Below, one piece after another: positions 60,849 to 64,000 of a DNA stretch of 64,000 bases. Below the pieces are notes generated by a model. It did not search any database. It was not told where the DNA came from and saw only the letters and a list, made by a program, of their open reading frames with translations. The DNA is from Cyanophora paradoxa CCMP329. Its lineage: Eukaryota > Plantae > Glaucophyta. The stretch lies in contig QPMI01000228.1 of assembly GCA_004431415.1 (NCBI GenBank), positions 1-64,000 on the forward strand. The letters run 5' to 3'. The number at the start of each line of letters is the position of its first letter. The first letter of the stretch is position 1. The position numbers and the translations under genes were made by a program.

Positions 60849-62553
60849 CTACTGGGTGGAGTCGTAGCGGGGCTGGGGCCCGAAGTGGATGTGGCCGGTG
60901 GCCGGCGAGGTCGCCTCGGAGGCGGGGACCGTGCTGCGCGCCGCCTCCGCCTTGCCGTGCGGCCCCCCGAGGTCGCCCCGCATGAGGAACTCCGCCGCGC
61001 CGGGCCCCTCCGGCGCGCCCTCCGCCTCCCGCACGCGGAAGTGCGTCGCAGCGAGCGACGGCCAGTCCTCGATCACGCTCACCCCGCAGGTCTCCTGCCG
61101 CGCGGAGTGAGAAAGGCGGCGCGGGACGGGTGCCGGCGCAGCCGAGGCGCGGGCGAGCCTGGAAGGGGACGAGGAGGACGGCGATCTGGGGCCCGGGCGG
61201 GTCGAGCGCCACGGCGGGGGCCCGCGCCGCGTGGTGCCCCGCGAGGGTCCCGATCCCCTCCGCGAGCGCCCGCTCGAGGCCCTCCCGGTGCTCCGCCGGG
61301 TGCGCGTGCGCCTCGTAGACGATGCCCCACTGCCGCCCCGTCAGGAGTGCCGCGGCGGCGTCAGACGAGGCGCCGTAGCTACCGTCGTGTTCGTGCCACC
61401 CGCTCCTGCGCCCCGGCGCTCCAGTGCAGGCAGCACCACGTTGCGCGCAAGCTCGCGGACACTCTGCGGGCGGTGAGCGCGCACGAGATACGAAATTACT
61501 TAAGCACGGAATCGGACATCCGAGTCCAACGCTGTTGTTGCTTCGATCGGTATGACTCTTATGCAATGCCTGCACCTCAGTGAGCGCTGAATAGTGAGCG
61601 AATACTGAGCGCGTATACGTACTTGAATTTTACAATGCCACTCTGCACCGCCTGCAGAAGGCGACGCCCCGTACGAACGATATCGAGATAGTTTTCGGGG
61701 GCACCAGCCTCGAAAAACAGTGTTCTGCGATTTACTATGTGTACGGGCGCCTTCCGAAGGACGCCAGCGAGAAACAGGGACGAGAGCGCCGCGTGAGCCT
61801 CAACACATGCGCTCGCGCGATCTGTGCTCAAACCGTGAGCGCCAGAATACACAATTTTGTGCAGAATACACGTGAGAAATCGGACCGCCTGCAAAAGTGA
61901 CAAGAAAACCGGCCCGGCCGTGTATGGCTGAAGACTGCGACGCGGAAGCGCAAGCTGTGCGCGCGATGTCGAGCGCATTCGCCGCGCCATCAAAAGCCTC
62001 GAGCAGATCGTCATCCGGCCCTTCCTGTTCAACTCCGAATTCCACGGCCTGAAACTGGTCAGAGAGAGCGCCGGATTCGGCTTCGCAGAGAGAGTGCGCG
62101 GATTCGGCTTCTGGGACGGACCTCGCTGCTCATCTCGTTGATTTTTGACGTGCACGCGAAAAGCTCGAGCTTGCAGTTTGGCGCTTGAACGGCGAGAACC
62201 GCTTTCGACGCGCAGAGAGCAGCTTGAACGGCGAGAACCGCTTTCGTCGCGCAGCTCTCTGAGAGCTGTTTGCCGGGGTACGATGGAGCATGCCGCTTAG
62301 TGCTACCCCCCGCGAACAATGGCACCGTCCGCCGGTTCCGCCCGGCAGTTATAGCGGCGGGCAACATCGCTGTAAGCGTTTCTAGCTAGCGGGCATCACC
62401 GCCCAGCAGCGGCCACCGGGAGCGGGAACGAAGCGCTTGTGCGGCGGAGCTGGCCCAGCTGGGCGGCCGGCCGGCGCGGCCAGCGTCTGCAACCGGTACC
62501 AGCTGGCCTCGCCGACACGTCATTTAAGTAGCTTGTAATCAATTTCGCTCTCA
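60849..62553 (-). CDS. Hypothetical multi-exon protein; start uncertain
   Basis: Plausible spliceable exons (..FEAGAPENYLDIVRTGRRLLQAVQSGIVKFK; WGIVYEAHAHP...IAVLLVPFQ|ETCGVSVIEDWP..) but no recognised domain. Confidence 0.4.
62183..62254. repeat. 33-bp direct repeat x2 (period 39)
   Basis: GCTTGAACGGCGAGAACCGCTTTCGWCGCGCAG at 62183 and 62222. Confidence 0.8.
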
Positions 62554-62680
62554 TCGCCGCGGTCTTGGTGCTTCCAGTCTCCACCGTCCACGCCCGCCAT
62601 CAGCAGCATCAGCGAGTGCAGAACGGGCACCGGCGGGAGCGAGTGCAAGTCTGAAATCTCTCCTTATGCAGTGAGGGGCC

Positions 62681-64000
62681 ATGGAGTCTGCGCGCGAGAG
62701 CAGAACTTACCTGGTGCCGCCTAGCCAGGCGACGAGCCAGCCTCAGTCTGCCGGCACGCTATCGATCTCGCTGGCTCAGCAAGAGGGCGGCAGCATGCAA
62801 GGTCCAGATGTGACGTTTGTGATCGACGCTTCCGCCTCCGCCGTCTACAGCTCGCAGCAAGCCCCCGACAAGCAGAACGGGCCCCGCGAGAACGAGGGGC
62901 TTGGCAGCATCATGGAGAAGTCTGAGCCGCCGCCAGAGGCCGAACCGGAGAAGCCAAAGGAGCGGCGGCCGGCGGCCGGCTCCGCGCCGGCCAGCCGAGT
63001 CCTGCCGAGCACGTCCTTCCGCAGCTCCAACTCGGGCAGCTTCCGCCGCGCGTCGAGAAGAGCTGGGCCCCTGCGACGACTGCGGGCGGCCGCGGCGAGG
63101 CGGGCGGCGGCGGCCGGCGCCGCCGCGGCGGAATGGGGCCTTCTTCCCTTTGCGCTCGAGGAGGACGAGGAGGCCTTCCGCGCCTCCTGGGCCGGCGACC
63201 GCCTCGCCTGCGCCCGGCGCGCCCGCCACCGTCCCTCCCGCCTGCGCCGCCCCGCTCACCCCGGGCACGCAGGAGGACGTGCCTGCTCGGCATCCTCCCC
63301 CTGCTGGTGGCGGCGGCCGTGCTCGTCGCCGCGGTGCACGGCGGCTCGATCAGCGCGGGGGCCGCGGAGGGCGCCTGGGTGGCAGCGTGGGCGGCGGCGG
63401 GGGCGGCCCTCGCGGCGCTGGCCGTCTGCGCGGCGACGCTGGGGCCGGGGGCGGAGGGCTGGGCCCCGCGGCGGCACTGGCAGGGGTGGCGGCGGGGGCG
63501 CTGGTGGTGGTGCTGGTGAGCGCGCACGTGGCGGCGCGCGTGCTCGCCCTCCCCGCCCTCTTCCTCGTGGCCTTCGCCGCCGCCGCGGAGGCCGCCTCCT
63601 CGGGCCTCGGCCTCCGCTCCCCGCAGGCCCGCCCCCCCCGCCCCGAGCCCGCCCCAGCCGGCCCGGCATCGCCTGAGGCCCGTGGCGCAGGTGCTCCTCA
63701 TCGCCTTCGCGGGTCTGGGCCTCGCGCTGGACGCGTGCGTCTCGCACGGGACCGCGTGGGAGGCCCGCGCCGCCCTGCCCCTCGCCGCCGCCGCCGTCGC
63801 CCTCGCGGCCGCCCGCGCGCTGCAGGAGGAGCGCGCGGCGCGGGCCGCCTTCCTCCGCGCCCGCGAGGCCGCCGGCGAGGCCGAGGCGGTGCGCATGCGC
63901 CCCGCGCCCCACGCCGGCAGGCAGGCTCGCCGGCGCTGAGGCGGTCGGGGGGCAGTTCCGGGCGGAGCACGCGTCGCTGGCGCACGAGCTCGAGGTCCGC
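62681..64000 (+). CDS. Multi-pass membrane protein, 5' part (truncated by the window); possibly the N-terminus of a cyclase or sensor
   Basis: Several Ala/Leu/Val-rich TM-like exons followed by ERAARAAFL and a coiled segment; catalytic domain not in the window. Confidence 0.45.

Noticed and set aside
63950-64000. SLAHELE as a histidine-kinase H-box
   Set aside because: Lacks the usual following R/T/P residues and is cut by the window edge; cannot be supported

Overview
Eukaryotic, extremely GC-rich, gene-dense nuclear DNA with many short (about 55-90 nt) spliceosomal introns, so most ORFs in the six-frame track are GC-rich artefacts or single exons. A GARP/G2-like Myb factor and an intron-containing S66 LD-carboxypeptidase suggest an archaeplastid alga, probably a glaucophyte (Cyanophora-like). 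That assignment is inference, not verified. Host genes in order: SLC35D-type nucleotide-sugar transporter (3' part), multi-zinc-finger (zf-4CXXC_R1-like) protein, eIF5B with an intronic H/ACA-like snoRNA cluster, PPC-like domain protein, TPR protein, GCP5, coiled-coil/Q-rich protein, UvrD/Srs2 helicase, degenerate GH2, two divergent paralogous secreted fibre-like repeat proteins, S66 peptidase, SMC5, GARP transcription factor, an unknown gene and a truncated membrane protein. A young non-autonomous LTR element (identical 357-bp LTRs, 4-bp TSD) lies at 20460-22026. The most unusual region is an intron-free island (about 41.8-45.1 kb, possibly extending to 46.9 kb) between the two fibre genes. 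It has a branched hairpin with GTGAC iterons at the left, GTGAC palindromes at the right, and four direct repeats. Three of the repeats end in a hairpin plus tRNA T-loop/B-box. The repeats punctuate genes for two paralogous HEPN-like proteins, a stand-alone retropepsin-like protease and a myristoylated membrane protein. Exon boundaries were read by eye and gene ends are approximate where stated.
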